This document shows positions 30,245 to 40,841 of a stretch of 61,371 bases of DNA, piece by piece. The stretch spans positions 1 through 61,371 of the forward strand of contig JACOWC010000053.1 of the NCBI GenBank assembly GCA_016177005.1. Direction: 5' to 3'. This DNA comes from Methylocystis sp. (lineage in GTDB: Bacteria > Pseudomonadota > Alphaproteobacteria > Rhizobiales > Beijerinckiaceae). The position numbers and the translations under genes are program-made. How positions within the stretch are numbered: position 1 is the first letter of the stretch; the number at the start of each line of letters is the position of its first letter. The notes beneath the pieces were generated by a model. It had not been told where the DNA came from and did no database searches. It was given only the letters and a program-made list of their open reading frames with translations.

Positions 30245-30901
30245 TTGAGAAAAAGCGCGATCACCGCCGAAGCCGCCGCAGCGCTCATTCCCGACGGCGC
30301 GAGCCTCATGATCGGCGGCTTCCTGGGCGTCGGGTCGCCGGATCGGCTGATCGACGCGCTCGTTTCGCGAGGCGCGCGCGAACTAACCATCATCGGCAAT
30401 GACACCGCCTATCCGACCATCGGCGTCGGCAGGCTGATCGAAGCGGGGTGCGTCGCGCGCGTGCGCGCGTCGCATATCGGCACAAATCCGACGACGCAAA
30501 GGCTGATGAGCGCGGGGGCGATCGACGTTGAGCTCATTCCGCAAGGCACGCTCGCCGAACGCATCCGCGCCGGCGGCGCCGGACTTGGCGGCGTTTTGAC
30601 GCCGACCGGCGTCGGCACAATCGTCGCCCGGGGCAAGCAGGTCGTCGAGATCGATGGTGAAATTTATCTCATCGAAAAGCCGCTGCGGGCGGATTTCGCC
30701 CTGCTGCGCGCCCATGAAGCCGATTATTGCGGCAATCTGACGTATCGGCTGACGGCGGCGAATTTTAACCCGATCATGGCCTTCGCCGCCGATTGCGTCA
30801 TCGTCGAGCCTGATGAAATCGTGCCTACCGGCGTCATTCCCCCTGACGCGGTACGCACGCCCGGCGTGCTCGTCACTCACCTCATTGGCAGGCCGCGCTG
30901 A
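30245..30901 (+). CDS. 3-oxoacid/acetate CoA-transferase subunit A
   Basis: MIGGF, PQGTLAERIRAGGAG, NFNPIMA. Confidence 0.93.
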   Translation: MRKSAITAEAAAALIPDGASLMIGGFLGVGSPDRLIDALVSRGARELTIIGNDTAYPTIGVGRLIEAGCVARVRASHIGTNPTTQRLMSAGAIDVELIPQGTLAERIRAGGAGLGGVLTPTGVGTIVARGKQVVEIDGEIYLIEKPLRADFALLRAHEADYCGNLTYRLTAANFNPIMAFAADCVIVEPDEIVPTGVIPPDAVRTPGVLVTHLIGRPR

Positions 30902-31560
30902 TGGACGCGAAGGAGATCATCGCGCGGCGCGTCGCCCTGGAGCTGCGCGACGGCATGCTGGTCAATCTCGGGATCGGCCTGCCGACTCTCGTGGCGCGCT
31001 TCGTGCCGAAGGGAATTTCGGTCGCCTTTCAGAGCGAGAATGGCCTCATCGGCTTCAGCGCACCGCCGCCTGAAGGGATGGAGAATCGCAATCTCACCGA
31101 CGCCGGCGGCGGATTCATTGCGGCGCTGCCGGGCGCCGCCAGTTTCGACAGCGCCACGAGCTTTGCGCTGATCAGAGGCGGCCACGTCGACATGGCGGTG
31201 CTCGGCGCGCTGCAGGTCGACGCCTCGGGGCGTCTCGCCAATTGGATGGTTCCCGGAAAATTTACGCCGGGGATGGGCGGCGCCATGGATCTCGTCGCCG
31301 GCGCAAAGCGCGTCATCGTCGCCATGCAGCACGCCGCGAAAAGCGAACCGAAAATCGTCGAGACTCTCACATTGCCGCCGACCTCGGCGCGGCGCGTCAG
31401 CCTCATCGTGACCGAGCTTGCCGTGATCGAGCCGACCGATGAAGGGCTTGTGCTCCGCGAACGCGCGCCCGGCGTCAGGGTCGCGCAAATTCTGGCCGGC
31501 GCCGGCGCCAGGCTCATTGTGCCGGACGAGACGCCGGAAATGTCTCTCGGTTGCGACTAG
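30901..31560 (+). CDS. 3-oxoacid/acetate CoA-transferase subunit B
   Basis: VNLGIGLPT, QSENG, GMGGAMDL. Confidence 0.93.
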   Translation: MDAKEIIARRVALELRDGMLVNLGIGLPTLVARFVPKGISVAFQSENGLIGFSAPPPEGMENRNLTDAGGGFIAALPGAASFDSATSFALIRGGHVDMAVLGALQVDASGRLANWMVPGKFTPGMGGAMDLVAGAKRVIVAMQHAAKSEPKIVETLTLPPTSARRVSLIVTELAVIEPTDEGLVLRERAPGVRVAQILAGAGARLIVPDETPEMSLGCD

Positions 31561-31672
31561 CTTCGGCGCGGGCGTCCACACTTGATATCGGCCGCGTTCG
31601 CAACAGGTATCGGCTTGGCCGCGCCGCTCGTGAACCGGAACGGTCGAGCGTTAACAGCCGAAGAGCCGATCT

Positions 31673-31900
31673 ATGAGAAAGCTGACCGTCATTCTTGCGG
31701 CCGTCATCGGCCTTGCCGCGCTCAATCCTGCGGGCGCGCGCGCCGCCGTGGATAAGCAGCGCGCGGCCTGCGAGCGCGATTCCCACAAATTCTGCGCAGC
31801 TGAAGAGCCCGATGCGATTGCGGTCGAAAAATGCCTGCGCGCCCATGTGAACGAACTTTCGAAGGCATGCAAACGCCAGTTCAGGGCGAAGGGCCGCTGA
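31673..31900 (+). CDS. Small secreted Cys-rich protein
   Basis: Signal peptide plus C..D..KFC...CL..H...LS..C pattern. Confidence 0.7.
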   Translation: MRKLTVILAAVIGLAALNPAGARAAVDKQRAACERDSHKFCAAEEPDAIAVEKCLRAHVNELSKACKRQFRAKGR

Positions 31901-32009
31901 TCCGGCGCGTCATCTAAAGCGCGCATCAAGGGCCGCTTCGCCTGCGGCGGCGAATCGCGGCGCGCGCCTTTGTTGCGGCGCCTTCTCGGCCTGACTACAG
32001 TGCCGGGCG

Positions 32010-32852
32010 ATGAATATGCTCTCAAGAGGCGTCAGGACGTCCGGCGCATTGTTCGCCGCCTGCGCGCTGGCATTGTTCGGCTGCGCGGCGCCTGCGCGCG
32101 CGGCGTCCTGCGGATCGTCGGCGGCCGGATTTGCCGCCTGGCTCGAAGAGTTCAAACGCGAGGCCTTGGCGGATGGCGTCTCACAGCGCCCGCTCGACGC
32201 CGCGTTAGCGGGCGTAGCCTATGATCAAGCGGTGATCGGCCGCGATCGCGGACAGCGGATTTTTCACCTGAGCTTTGAGAAATTCTCGAGTCGCCTGGTG
32301 ACGCCGAGCCGGTTGAGCAAGGGCCGCGCGCTGCTTCAGCGCCACGCCGCATTGTTGCGACAGATCGAAGCGCGCTATGGCGTGCCAGGCTCGGTGGTGG
32401 TGGCGATCTGGGGACTGGAAACCGGCTTTGGCGCCGACAATGGACGCTTCAGGACGGTGCAGGCGCTTGCGACGCTCGCCTATGATTGCCGCCGCTCCGG
32501 GCAATTTCAAGAGGAGCTCAACGACGCGCTGATGATCGTCGCGCGCGGCGACATGTCCCCCGCCCAGATGCGCGGCGACTGGGCCGGCGAAATCGGTCAG
32601 ACCCAGTTCATGCCGTCGTCCTATCTGAAATATGGCGTCGATTTCGACGGCGACGGCAGGCGTGATCTCATACGATCGACGGCGGACGCGCTCGCGTCGA
32701 CGGCGAATTTCCTGAAAGGCAAAGGCTGGCGGACAGGCGCGGGCTGGGCTGAAGGAGAGCCGAACTTCGCGGTCTTCCTCGAGTGGAATCAGGCGCGCGT
32801 TTACGCGAAGACCATCGCGTTGATGGCGACCAAGCTCGATGGCGGGCAGTGA
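32010..32852 (+). CDS. Lytic murein transglycosylase (MltB/SLT_2 family)
   Basis: IWGLET.FG, WAGEIGQTQFMPS, VDFDGDGRRDL, STANFL. Confidence 0.92.
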   Translation: MNMLSRGVRTSGALFAACALALFGCAAPARAASCGSSAAGFAAWLEEFKREALADGVSQRPLDAALAGVAYDQAVIGRDRGQRIFHLSFEKFSSRLVTPSRLSKGRALLQRHAALLRQIEARYGVPGSVVVAIWGLETGFGADNGRFRTVQALATLAYDCRRSGQFQEELNDALMIVARGDMSPAQMRGDWAGEIGQTQFMPSSYLKYGVDFDGDGRRDLIRSTADALASTANFLKGKGWRTGAGWAEGEPNFAVFLEWNQARVYAKTIALMATKLDGGQ

Positions 32853-32906
32853 GCGGCCCGCGGTTCAAGCCGGAGTGAGCGCGAAATCTCTTGGCGCGCG
32901 CCTCCA

Positions 32907-35672
32907 TCACTCGGCGCGACGAATCGTCAGGCCGATGATCGCGACGTCGGCCGGCGTCGGCAGGAAGGCCCGCGCTTCGACGATTGTTGGCGTCGCCTGC
33001 GCCGGGCTGGTGAATTTCATCGTCGCTTTGCGCGCGCCCGGACGCAGGCTGACGCCGCGAACGCTCAGCCGCTCGCCTTGCTTCGTGCAGATGTCGAACA
33101 CGAGACGGCGGCGCCACAAGCTGAAGGAGCCGGCGCATCGAACCTCGATTTCCGCGATGTGCCCGCCAGGAGAAAGCTCGCGATAGGGCCCGTAAAACAG
33201 ATAGCCGGCCGCATCAGAGCGACTTTCGATGACGCCGGCGGCGTTTCTCTTTCCGGCTGGGCCCACGAGAACGTCAGCGAGGGAGAACGCAGCGGCGGCT
33301 CGCGCTTCCTTAGCGACGCGGCCGCTCGACGCCTCGTGCGCCCGGGCGATCCGCACTCTGCGCAAGACGGCCGGCTCGCGACTGGCGCCACCCAAGTTTT
33401 GGATCGCCACCGAGACCCCGTTTGTCGCGCTCTCGATATAGAGCCATAACTGCGCCCGCCCGTCGAGGATCGGAGCCGCGGTCCGGGCAACGATTTCGTC
33501 CCTGTCGTTGCGAACCCCCAAACCGAAGCTTCCATAGACACGCTCGAAGTCGAAGATCGCCCAATGCGGGCCCTCCCGCCTCGCCGTCTCGGGCAGCTCA
33601 ATGATGGCCCCGACGGCCCAGGGGGCTTCGACGGGCAGAACTTCGAGTCCACCGTCGTTGAGCCATCGGCTCGCGCCGATCAAGACGCAATTGTGCTCCG
33701 AGAGACTCACTTCCTCGCTCTCAAGGTCCGCTCGTTCGTCGAGCGGAACGACTTTCATGCCCTCTTCGAATGCGAGAACGCCGCCGTCAGGAGCCAAGGA
33801 ACGAAACTTCGCCGCGAGGAGCTTACGGTGGCCGTCGCCGAGACGCTCCCACGCGAGCATCGAAGGAGACGAAAACTGTCGCTCGATCCGCTCGATCCGC
33901 GAACCGAGGCGAGCGGCGCATCGAAACGGCAGTTCAGCGGGTGAACCCACATGCGCTTCGCCGTGCTCCTCTGCGCTCAAACCCAGTCGAATGCTGGGAC
34001 GCCAGCTGAACGCCGCTTCGCTGTCAGCGAGAATCTCGGCGTGCACGAGAAGCTCGTGAGGCGCAAAGGCGCTGCGATCCCTTATGCTTAGCAGCGCGGA
34101 GGAAGCAAGAAACGCGCGCATGTGCAGCCCGCCCAGAATCTCGAAGATCGTTCCGGCGGCAGGATTGCTGCACGCGACCCGTAACGGCTCTTGGCCGCGG
34201 TCCAAGCTCTCGTCGATCTGCGCGCGATCGCGCAAATAGCCGCTGTAGACATAGGCGCGGCCCGGGGTCAGCCGGCGGGACGCCTCGAAGAGTGAACGGA
34301 TGCGGTGCGAGAGCCATATGTCTGTGTCGTCCATGACCGTGAAGAATGCGCCCGACACCGCGCGCAAGCCCACATTCAGCGCGCTTGCGCGATCGGCGCC
34401 AATCTCGTCGATCACCACGAAATCGGCGAGTCGTCTCCAATCGGCCTCGATGAAGGGGCTCAAGTCGACAGGTCGAGATTTGACGAATATGACGCGAAAG
34501 CGTCCCATCGTCTGAGCGTCGATGCTGTTAAGGGCGCGCCATACCGTCGCCGTTCGCCGTTCGCCGACGCGCATGATGACGTCGATGAAAGCGCGATCTG
34601 ACGTGTGCTTGTCCTCGCGCAGCAATTCGCGCCAGCGGTCGTAATAGGCGACCGCGTTTCCCAGAAGGCGCTCCGCGCAAAATTTCGATTCGAAGATCGC
34701 GCGCGCTCTTTCCGCCCGATCCGCGGCTTCCTTCGGATTGCTCCTGATCGCTTCCATCGCGCGGTCTATCGCCCCGACGATTTCGGACACCGAGCCGTGA
34801 GGCGGATAGTAATGGACGGCGTCCGCGAAATGCCGGCGAATCCACCGAATATCCGGGCAGATCGAAACCGCCCCCACCGCGGAGATCTCAAAGATGCGAT
34901 TGGAGACGACGTCGTCCAGAAGATGATCGCGGGACAGCAGGACAAGCCCTGCGCCGTGTGCGCAATATTCGCCCTGCACCGAGAGCCCATCGAAGGGAAG
35001 CGAACCGAAGTAGCCCCTGTCGAGATAGTCCCATGCCGACTCCGGACCATAAATCCGCATATAGTCGCGCCGGCAGAGCTCGCGAAACAGCGGGCGACCC
35101 CGTTGATCCCAATTCGTCCCAAAATAACATAGCCTCAGATCGCCGCCCCTCGCGAGCGATTCTACGAGACAAATGCGATCGTCGGTTTGCGGAGAATTGT
35201 AGTAGAAGCCGGTCTCTCCATATCCGCCGAAACCTTCGCCGATGTCCGCGCAAAATTGCGCAAGATTCTCCGATATCGTCAGATAGCCGTCGTAGGAGAG
35301 AAGGTTGGCGAATATCTCCGGATCGGCGAGAAAGCGCGACCTCGGTTCGTGCACGACGCCGAAAGTTGGTATGTCCGTGAGCTTGGGCTGCGTCGAGGCC
35401 GCGGCAAGGACGAAGTCCAACTCCGCCTGCTCGATCTCCAGCGAGGTCGTCACCGCCTGCAGCGTCACGCCAATTCGTCGGGCGGCGATTTCGAGCGATC
35501 CGAACGCCTGGCTTTCAGCCGCCTTGACCCAAGGATTGAGAAAGCCGATGCGAAGCGATCGATCGGCGAAGTTCGGCCAAGCCTCCCGCTTGGAAAACAT
35601 GGCCCGGCTGGCGTAAGCGTCCGCGCGTGACCGCGCGCCCTTGCTCAACAGTTTGCCGAGAGAACCAGCCAT
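32907..35672 (-). CDS. Multidomain glycosyltransferase (GT-B-like + degenerate GT2 + C-terminal accessory modules)
   Basis: VSNRIFEISAVG, LNVGLRAVSG.FFTVMDD, LFYGPYRELSPG. Confidence 0.7.
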   Translation of the reverse strand: MAGSLGKLLSKGARSRADAYASRAMFSKREAWPNFADRSLRIGFLNPWVKAAESQAFGSLEIAARRIGVTLQAVTTSLEIEQAELDFVLAAASTQPKLTDIPTFGVVHEPRSRFLADPEIFANLLSYDGYLTISENLAQFCADIGEGFGGYGETGFYYNSPQTDDRICLVESLARGGDLRLCYFGTNWDQRGRPLFRELCRRDYMRIYGPESAWDYLDRGYFGSLPFDGLSVQGEYCAHGAGLVLLSRDHLLDDVVSNRIFEISAVGAVSICPDIRWIRRHFADAVHYYPPHGSVSEIVGAIDRAMEAIRSNPKEAADRAERARAIFESKFCAERLLGNAVAYYDRWRELLREDKHTSDRAFIDVIMRVGERRTATVWRALNSIDAQTMGRFRVIFVKSRPVDLSPFIEADWRRLADFVVIDEIGADRASALNVGLRAVSGAFFTVMDDTDIWLSHRIRSLFEASRRLTPGRAYVYSGYLRDRAQIDESLDRGQEPLRVACSNPAAGTIFEILGGLHMRAFLASSALLSIRDRSAFAPHELLVHAEILADSEAAFSWRPSIRLGLSAEEHGEAHVGSPAELPFRCAARLGSRIERIERQFSSPSMLAWERLGDGHRKLLAAKFRSLAPDGGVLAFEEGMKVVPLDERADLESEEVSLSEHNCVLIGASRWLNDGGLEVLPVEAPWAVGAIIELPETARREGPHWAIFDFERVYGSFGLGVRNDRDEIVARTAAPILDGRAQLWLYIESATNGVSVAIQNLGGASREPAVLRRVRIARAHEASSGRVAKEARAAAAFSLADVLVGPAGKRNAAGVIESRSDAAGYLFYGPYRELSPGGHIAEIEVRCAGSFSLWRRRLVFDICTKQGERLSVRGVSLRPGARKATMKFTSPAQATPTIVEARAFLPTPADVAIIGLTIRRAE

Positions 35673-37390
35673 CCGCTCGCCTTGTCCTTCTCTTTGATTT
35701 CGGACGGTTCAATCTCCCAAAAGAACTCCAGGTCGGTCATCTCGATCCGGCAAGGGCCGACTTCACGATTGCGAAGAACCAGAGTGTCGCTGCAGAGCGG
35801 CGGCGCCAGCAGCACGATCTCGCGCCAGCCGTCTTGCGGCGGCAGAGCCGACATTTCGATTCTGAACTCCCGTTCTCCTGGCGACAACACGCCAAAACCA
35901 AAGACGCCTTGGAGCGCGCGGCAACGAAAGCGAACCCAATAGGGGCGATCGGAACCAATGGCGTCCGGCCGCTTGATTTTGAGCGCGAAGGCCCAAGGCG
36001 CGGCGGGCGTCGAGACGCCATACGCCGCCGCGTTGTCGGAGTGGTCGCGGTTCACCTTCGCGCCTTGACACCATTCGGCGTCGATCAGGCTCACCATTTC
36101 AACAGCCAAATCCGTCGCGTCGAAGCTCTCGACCAGGGGCGTCGCATTGCCCTTGAGCGCAGGGGCGGCCGGAGCGGCCGTCGAGCGGATGACTTCCGGC
36201 AAATTCATGTCGGCCATCCCCCAGCCTTCGTCGTTGAAGAGAACCGGCGGCGCGACGCGCGCTTCCTCGCACATCTCCGAAACCAGGCGCGAGAAGTCTT
36301 CCCAACTCACATAAGCGATGCTCCGCTGGTCCATTCGCCGAAACAGCGAATCGGCGCCTTGCGGCGTGTAGCCCGAACCGTAACTGTGCTCGATATGATA
36401 ATGCGGCGCGTTCGATGGAGCGACCCGTTCGGCGTAGCCGTTGACGCCCGCTTGCACGAGGAGAACGGAGTCGATGTTCCAGGAGAACACCGGCCATTCC
36501 GGATAGCTGCGCAATTCGCGCCACCCCTTGGCCGACAGCATGGTGAAGTCGCCGCACCCGTTCAGGTGCCGGTCGGCGGCGACATAGAAATCGCGAAGCT
36601 CGCGCAGAGCGCGCTGCGCGAACTCGTCGAGAAGGGCCGCAGGGTCGCCGCCGTCGTGCAGCAGATCGCGAATGACGCCAAGCCGCGTCTGGATGGGGCG
36701 AATGAGAAGGGAGTCGATCCTCGAAACTGCGGAGATTGAGCGTGCCTTCTCTCCCGCTTCGATCGTTCCCTCCTTCAGGTTTTTTCTTATGGTCTCCTGA
36801 CGCGCGCGCTGCAACAACACGTCGAAATCGGTTTCGAGCTGTATGTCGTTCGGGATGTCCCAACGGTCGGAACGATACACGCAGCGGTCGTCGAGATCGG
36901 CCGTCTTGAGCCAACGAAACAGTTCGTCCGAAAAAATGATGTCGATGTTGGTCGCAACGACATAGTCGCCCGAGGCGCGACGCACCCCCACATTCTTGGC
37001 GATCATTTGAAACATCGCAAGCGTTCGCGCGTGCGGCAGCGACAGATGAACCTCGTGCGGCACGCTGATCACCCGCGCGGCGAACCAGCCGTTCCCAGGT
37101 GGCCAGTCCAGCGCCTCAGCCAAGGGCGCGCGGCTCGACGGCGGATTCCAATCGACGAGGACGAGTTCGCCGCGCAATCGGTGGCGCTCGCACTGCAGGG
37201 CGAGGCAACGGATAAAGCTTTGAGTGCGCCTGAGCGCGTCGCCTCCATGATCGTCATTGCGGGAGGTGGCCACGAAAGAGAACAGCCGGTGGTTGTCGCA
37301 GGTCAGCGCCGGCGACCTTGCGTCCGCCGCGATTGCTCCTTCTATATCCGGCAGGAACTGAGCTTTGCAATCTTTGCGATCAGGCGTCAT
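35645..37390 (-). CDS. GT2-like protein with C-terminal accessory module
   Basis: SRNDDHGG, VLVDWNPP, AKNVGVRRA..YVVATNIDIIF, GCGDFTML. Confidence 0.65.
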   Translation of the reverse strand: MTPDRKDCKAQFLPDIEGAIAADARSPALTCDNHRLFSFVATSRNDDHGGDALRRTQSFIRCLALQCERHRLRGELVLVDWNPPSSRAPLAEALDWPPGNGWFAARVISVPHEVHLSLPHARTLAMFQMIAKNVGVRRASGDYVVATNIDIIFSDELFRWLKTADLDDRCVYRSDRWDIPNDIQLETDFDVLLQRARQETIRKNLKEGTIEAGEKARSISAVSRIDSLLIRPIQTRLGVIRDLLHDGGDPAALLDEFAQRALRELRDFYVAADRHLNGCGDFTMLSAKGWRELRSYPEWPVFSWNIDSVLLVQAGVNGYAERVAPSNAPHYHIEHSYGSGYTPQGADSLFRRMDQRSIAYVSWEDFSRLVSEMCEEARVAPPVLFNDEGWGMADMNLPEVIRSTAAPAAPALKGNATPLVESFDATDLAVEMVSLIDAEWCQGAKVNRDHSDNAAAYGVSTPAAPWAFALKIKRPDAIGSDRPYWVRFRCRALQGVFGFGVLSPGEREFRIEMSALPPQDGWREIVLLAPPLCSDTLVLRNREVGPCRIEMTDLEFFWEIEPSEIKEKDKASGWLVLSANC

Positions 37391-38679
37391 TCGGGAAACT
37401 CGTCCTTGCCGAAGGCGGCCATCAGCGCGTCGTACATCGCGACATATTCGGAGGCGAGGCCCGTGGCGGCGTCTTCATATCCAAAATCTCTCGCCGCTTC
37501 CTCCTCCCAATCGAGATCAAACGGATCGAGCTTCGCCAATCCCGCGAAGACATTGTGGTAATGCGCCGTCTGCGTGAAATTCAGCCGCTCGAGGAACAAG
37601 CCGCAGCCATAGTTGGCGACGGAGCAGGGCTTCGCCTGCGCAAGCGGCGCGTCGATGATCGCATCATCGTACAGGCACCGCTGCATCGTCCCATCCTGCC
37701 GGACATAAATGAGATTCTTGCCGGCGATGCAGGGAATGCCCCGGAAATTTCTGATCCGGTGCACATGAGGACTGATTTTCAAGCCGATCGAGGGACGCTG
37801 GAGACAACGCCCGATCAGGTCTTGCTCCTCCTTGGCGTAAGCGTGCGGATATTGTTTTCCGTTATAGGTTCCGATGAAGGGTATCGGATGAAACAATATT
37901 CCTCTTGCTTGAAACAGGCGGCGATAATGGTCCAGGCGCTCCAAGCGGGTCGGATGTGCGATGAATTGGCATCGAAAGGTGGCGCCGGCTTCGACGAGCG
38001 TAGCGGCGTATTCGAGGAATTTCTCCAGCCGGCTCTCTGCTTCCGGATGCAGCGCCGCACGGATGTCGAGCCGTTCAGCCGCTCCCTTCGGAAGCCAGCG
38101 CGCTGGGTCCTGCGAATTGTTCGTTGGGAAGGAGACGGCCCCATATTTTGCGCAGAGCTCGAGTAAATCGGGAAATTCGGGATGAACGGTGGGCTCGCCG
38201 CCGCCGCATTCGAATGCGGTCACGACGAGCTTGTTCGGGATTAGCTGGTAAACTCTCTCGATCGCGCTCAGATTGAAGCGCTGGGTCGGCTCGGCGTTAT
38301 GGCCAGCTGCGACGCAGTAGAAGCAACGATAGTTGCAGGGATTGCGTACGGCGATGTAGACGTCGCAGACATCGGGGCTGGATCGACGCCGCATTTCGTT
38401 GCGCAGCGGCTGATCGGGTTCGACGAATTGCAATTTGCCGAGCCCCATTCTGGCGCCGAGATGCGACGGATCCGTCCGCAGCGCGGCCTTGTAATGTGCG
38501 ACCGCCGCTTCCATGTCGTCTGTCTTGGCGCGCGCCTCGCCCGACCGAAACTCCGCTTCCCCGTCGCGCAACTTGAAAAGTTCTGGCGTCGAGGGGCTTG
38601 AAGCTCTCGGGGCGATCGCTCCGATCCGCGTTTCCCTCATCCCGGCCGCGCCCGCGGGGCCGTTGCAACCTTCCGACAT
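37387..38679 (-). CDS. Radical SAM protein with N-terminal TPR-like segment
   Basis: CNYRCFYC, GGGEPTVHP; AVAHYKAALRTDP; start uncertain. Confidence 0.85.
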   Translation of the reverse strand: MSEGCNGPAGAAGMRETRIGAIAPRASSPSTPELFKLRDGEAEFRSGEARAKTDDMEAAVAHYKAALRTDPSHLGARMGLGKLQFVEPDQPLRNEMRRRSSPDVCDVYIAVRNPCNYRCFYCVAAGHNAEPTQRFNLSAIERVYQLIPNKLVVTAFECGGGEPTVHPEFPDLLELCAKYGAVSFPTNNSQDPARWLPKGAAERLDIRAALHPEAESRLEKFLEYAATLVEAGATFRCQFIAHPTRLERLDHYRRLFQARGILFHPIPFIGTYNGKQYPHAYAKEEQDLIGRCLQRPSIGLKISPHVHRIRNFRGIPCIAGKNLIYVRQDGTMQRCLYDDAIIDAPLAQAKPCSVANYGCGLFLERLNFTQTAHYHNVFAGLAKLDPFDLDWEEEAARDFGYEDAATGLASEYVAMYDALMAAFGKDEFPE

Positions 38680-38926
38680 CGGCGATCCCCGTTTGTCGCC
38701 TCCCACGCCGAATGAGTACAACAACTGTCGAACGGCGGGCAACCACGCGCGCGCTTCGCGCCAGATTAGATTTTGCCCTGGCGCCTTACCTTGCAGTCGG
38801 CGTGAAGACGAGACTATGTTGCCGACGACGCGCTTGGTTTTCCGTCAAGATATGGACGCTCCGCCTTAAGAACTACCGACGTGGGCGCCTCAAAATTCGA
38901 GGCCGAGAGTTTAAGGAGAGAATTCC

Positions 38927-39955
38927 GTGAGGGAAGCGAATGACGAGCTTCGTCTCAATTTTGCGCATTCGATTGAGGATGAAGTTATTTCCAGAAGGAA
39001 TCAACGTTCGACAAAACATGCGAACCATCATCGGATATTTGATGTTTTTGACGCATACGACGGACGCATGGAACGAGGTTATGCGTATGATTTTATCGGG
39101 TCGATGACGAATTTAAGCTTAGTCTATGGCTTGAAAGATACAATTTTCCCAGAAAGCGATTCGCATCGGAAGGCGTGCTTGCCTGCTTTCGATGAAGAAT
39201 ATTTCGAATGGATCGACTTGCTTGAGTCGGTCCATGACGCTGGCGACGCCTTCGTGATCGCCGAGGTGGGGGCGGGCTATGGTCGATGGGCGGCGCGAGG
39301 CGTGTGCGCCGCGCGCCAAAAAGGCGTTCCTCGCACAAAGGCGATTTTGGTCGAGGCCGACCCGCTGCACGCGCGCTTCGCCCGAGAACACATGAGTCTC
39401 AACGGTCTTTGTCCCGGTGATTTGTATCTTCATGAGTCCGCCGCGGCGGCGCGCAATGAGACGACCCTTTTCGCCGTGGAGGCCCCGAAAGGCTTTCTGC
39501 CGGAAGGGGCGGCGTGGTACGGACAAGCCATTTTCGGCCCTGCAGGCGAGGACCAGCTGCAATCAACGGGCGTTTCCCACTTCGGCAAGCCGCTTTTGCG
39601 ACGCAGCGACGGCTGGGGCGTGATCGAGGTCGGCTCCATGACTCTCGCCGAAGCGCTCGCAAGCCACGAGTTGATTGATTTGGTCGATATGGATATCCAA
39701 GGCGCCGAGGCTGAGGTAATTGAAACCAGCGCCGACTGTCTAAATTCGAAAGTCAAACGCCTGCACATCGGCACGCATGGATCCTCGATCGAGGATCGAT
39801 TGCGCCGCGCTTTGACCGCCCAAGGCTGGACTTGCCTGTGGGACTATCCGTGCCAAGCCGAGACCGAGACGAGCTATGGGAGAGTGCGCTTCAACGACGG
39901 CGTGCAAAGCTGGATCAACCCGCGACTGCATGCGTCTTCTCTCAGGGCTGCCTGA
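38927..39955 (+). CDS. FkbM-family methyltransferase
   Basis: EVGAGYGRW, VDMDIQGAE, LHIGTH, DGVQSW.NP. Confidence 0.8.
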   Translation: MREANDELRLNFAHSIEDEVISRRNQRSTKHANHHRIFDVFDAYDGRMERGYAYDFIGSMTNLSLVYGLKDTIFPESDSHRKACLPAFDEEYFEWIDLLESVHDAGDAFVIAEVGAGYGRWAARGVCAARQKGVPRTKAILVEADPLHARFAREHMSLNGLCPGDLYLHESAAAARNETTLFAVEAPKGFLPEGAAWYGQAIFGPAGEDQLQSTGVSHFGKPLLRRSDGWGVIEVGSMTLAEALASHELIDLVDMDIQGAEAEVIETSADCLNSKVKRLHIGTHGSSIEDRLRRALTAQGWTCLWDYPCQAETETSYGRVRFNDGVQSWINPRLHASSLRAA

Positions 39956-39984
39956 GGCGTTGCCGCGGACTTTTGGAGGAGACC

Positions 39985-40782
39985 ATGCCGAGCGTCCATG
40001 ACGGCCCGTCGCCCAGCCTCGAGGCGGTGGCCGCCTATTGGAATCGACGCCCCTGCAATGTCCGTCACTCGACAAGCAATCTCGGAACGCGAGAATATTT
40101 CGACGAGGTCGAGGCGCGAAAATATTTCGTCGAGCCGCACATCCCGGGCTTCGCCGATTTTGCCCGTTGGCGCGGCAAGCGCGTGCTCGAGATCGGATGC
40201 GGCATCGGAACCGACGCCGTAAATTTCGCGCGACAGGGGGCGGACTACTCGGCGATCGAACTCTCGCAGGCCAGTCTGGACTTGGCGATGAAACGCTTCG
40301 ACGTCTATGGCCTGACGGGTTCATTCCATCTTGGAAACGCGGAGGAGGCGGATCGGCTGCTTGCTCCCTCGACCTTCGATTTGATCTATTCGTTCGGCGT
40401 TATTCATCACACGCCAAATCCGCGCGCGGCGATCGAGGCCGCGCGGCGCCTGATCGCGCCGGACGGCGAGTTGAGAATCATGCTCTACGCGGCGAATTCG
40501 TGGAAAGCGATCATGATCGACGCCGGGTTCGATCAGCCCGAAGCGCAATCGGGTTGCCCGATCGCTTTCACCTACACGCGCGATCAAGCGCATGGCTTGC
40601 TGGACGGTTTGTTCGACATCACGCAGATGCGTCAGGACCACATATTTCCCTATATCGTGGAGAAATACATCCGCTACGAATACGAACCGACGCCGTGGTT
40701 CAAGGCTATGCCGGCGGAAATGTTCAGGGCCCTCGAAGAGAGGCTCGGCTGGCATTTGCTGATCTTAGCGAAGCCGTGTTGA
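39985..40782 (+). CDS. Class I SAM-dependent methyltransferase
   Basis: VLEIGCGIGTD, FDLIYSFGVIHHTP; GGAGG RBS before ATG 39985. Confidence 0.88.
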   Translation: MPSVHDGPSPSLEAVAAYWNRRPCNVRHSTSNLGTREYFDEVEARKYFVEPHIPGFADFARWRGKRVLEIGCGIGTDAVNFARQGADYSAIELSQASLDLAMKRFDVYGLTGSFHLGNAEEADRLLAPSTFDLIYSFGVIHHTPNPRAAIEAARRLIAPDGELRIMLYAANSWKAIMIDAGFDQPEAQSGCPIAFTYTRDQAHGLLDGLFDITQMRQDHIFPYIVEKYIRYEYEPTPWFKAMPAEMFRALEERLGWHLLILAKPC

Positions 40783-40841
40783 TGGGAATCATGCCGTTCG
40801 TCGGCGACGCGCGAGCGACGCGCGTCTGAGCCTGCGCTCAA

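Noticed and set aside
31673-31900. Cys-rich peptide as a RiPP precursor
   Set aside because: Has a Sec-type signal and a common four-Cys pattern; no maturase adjacent.
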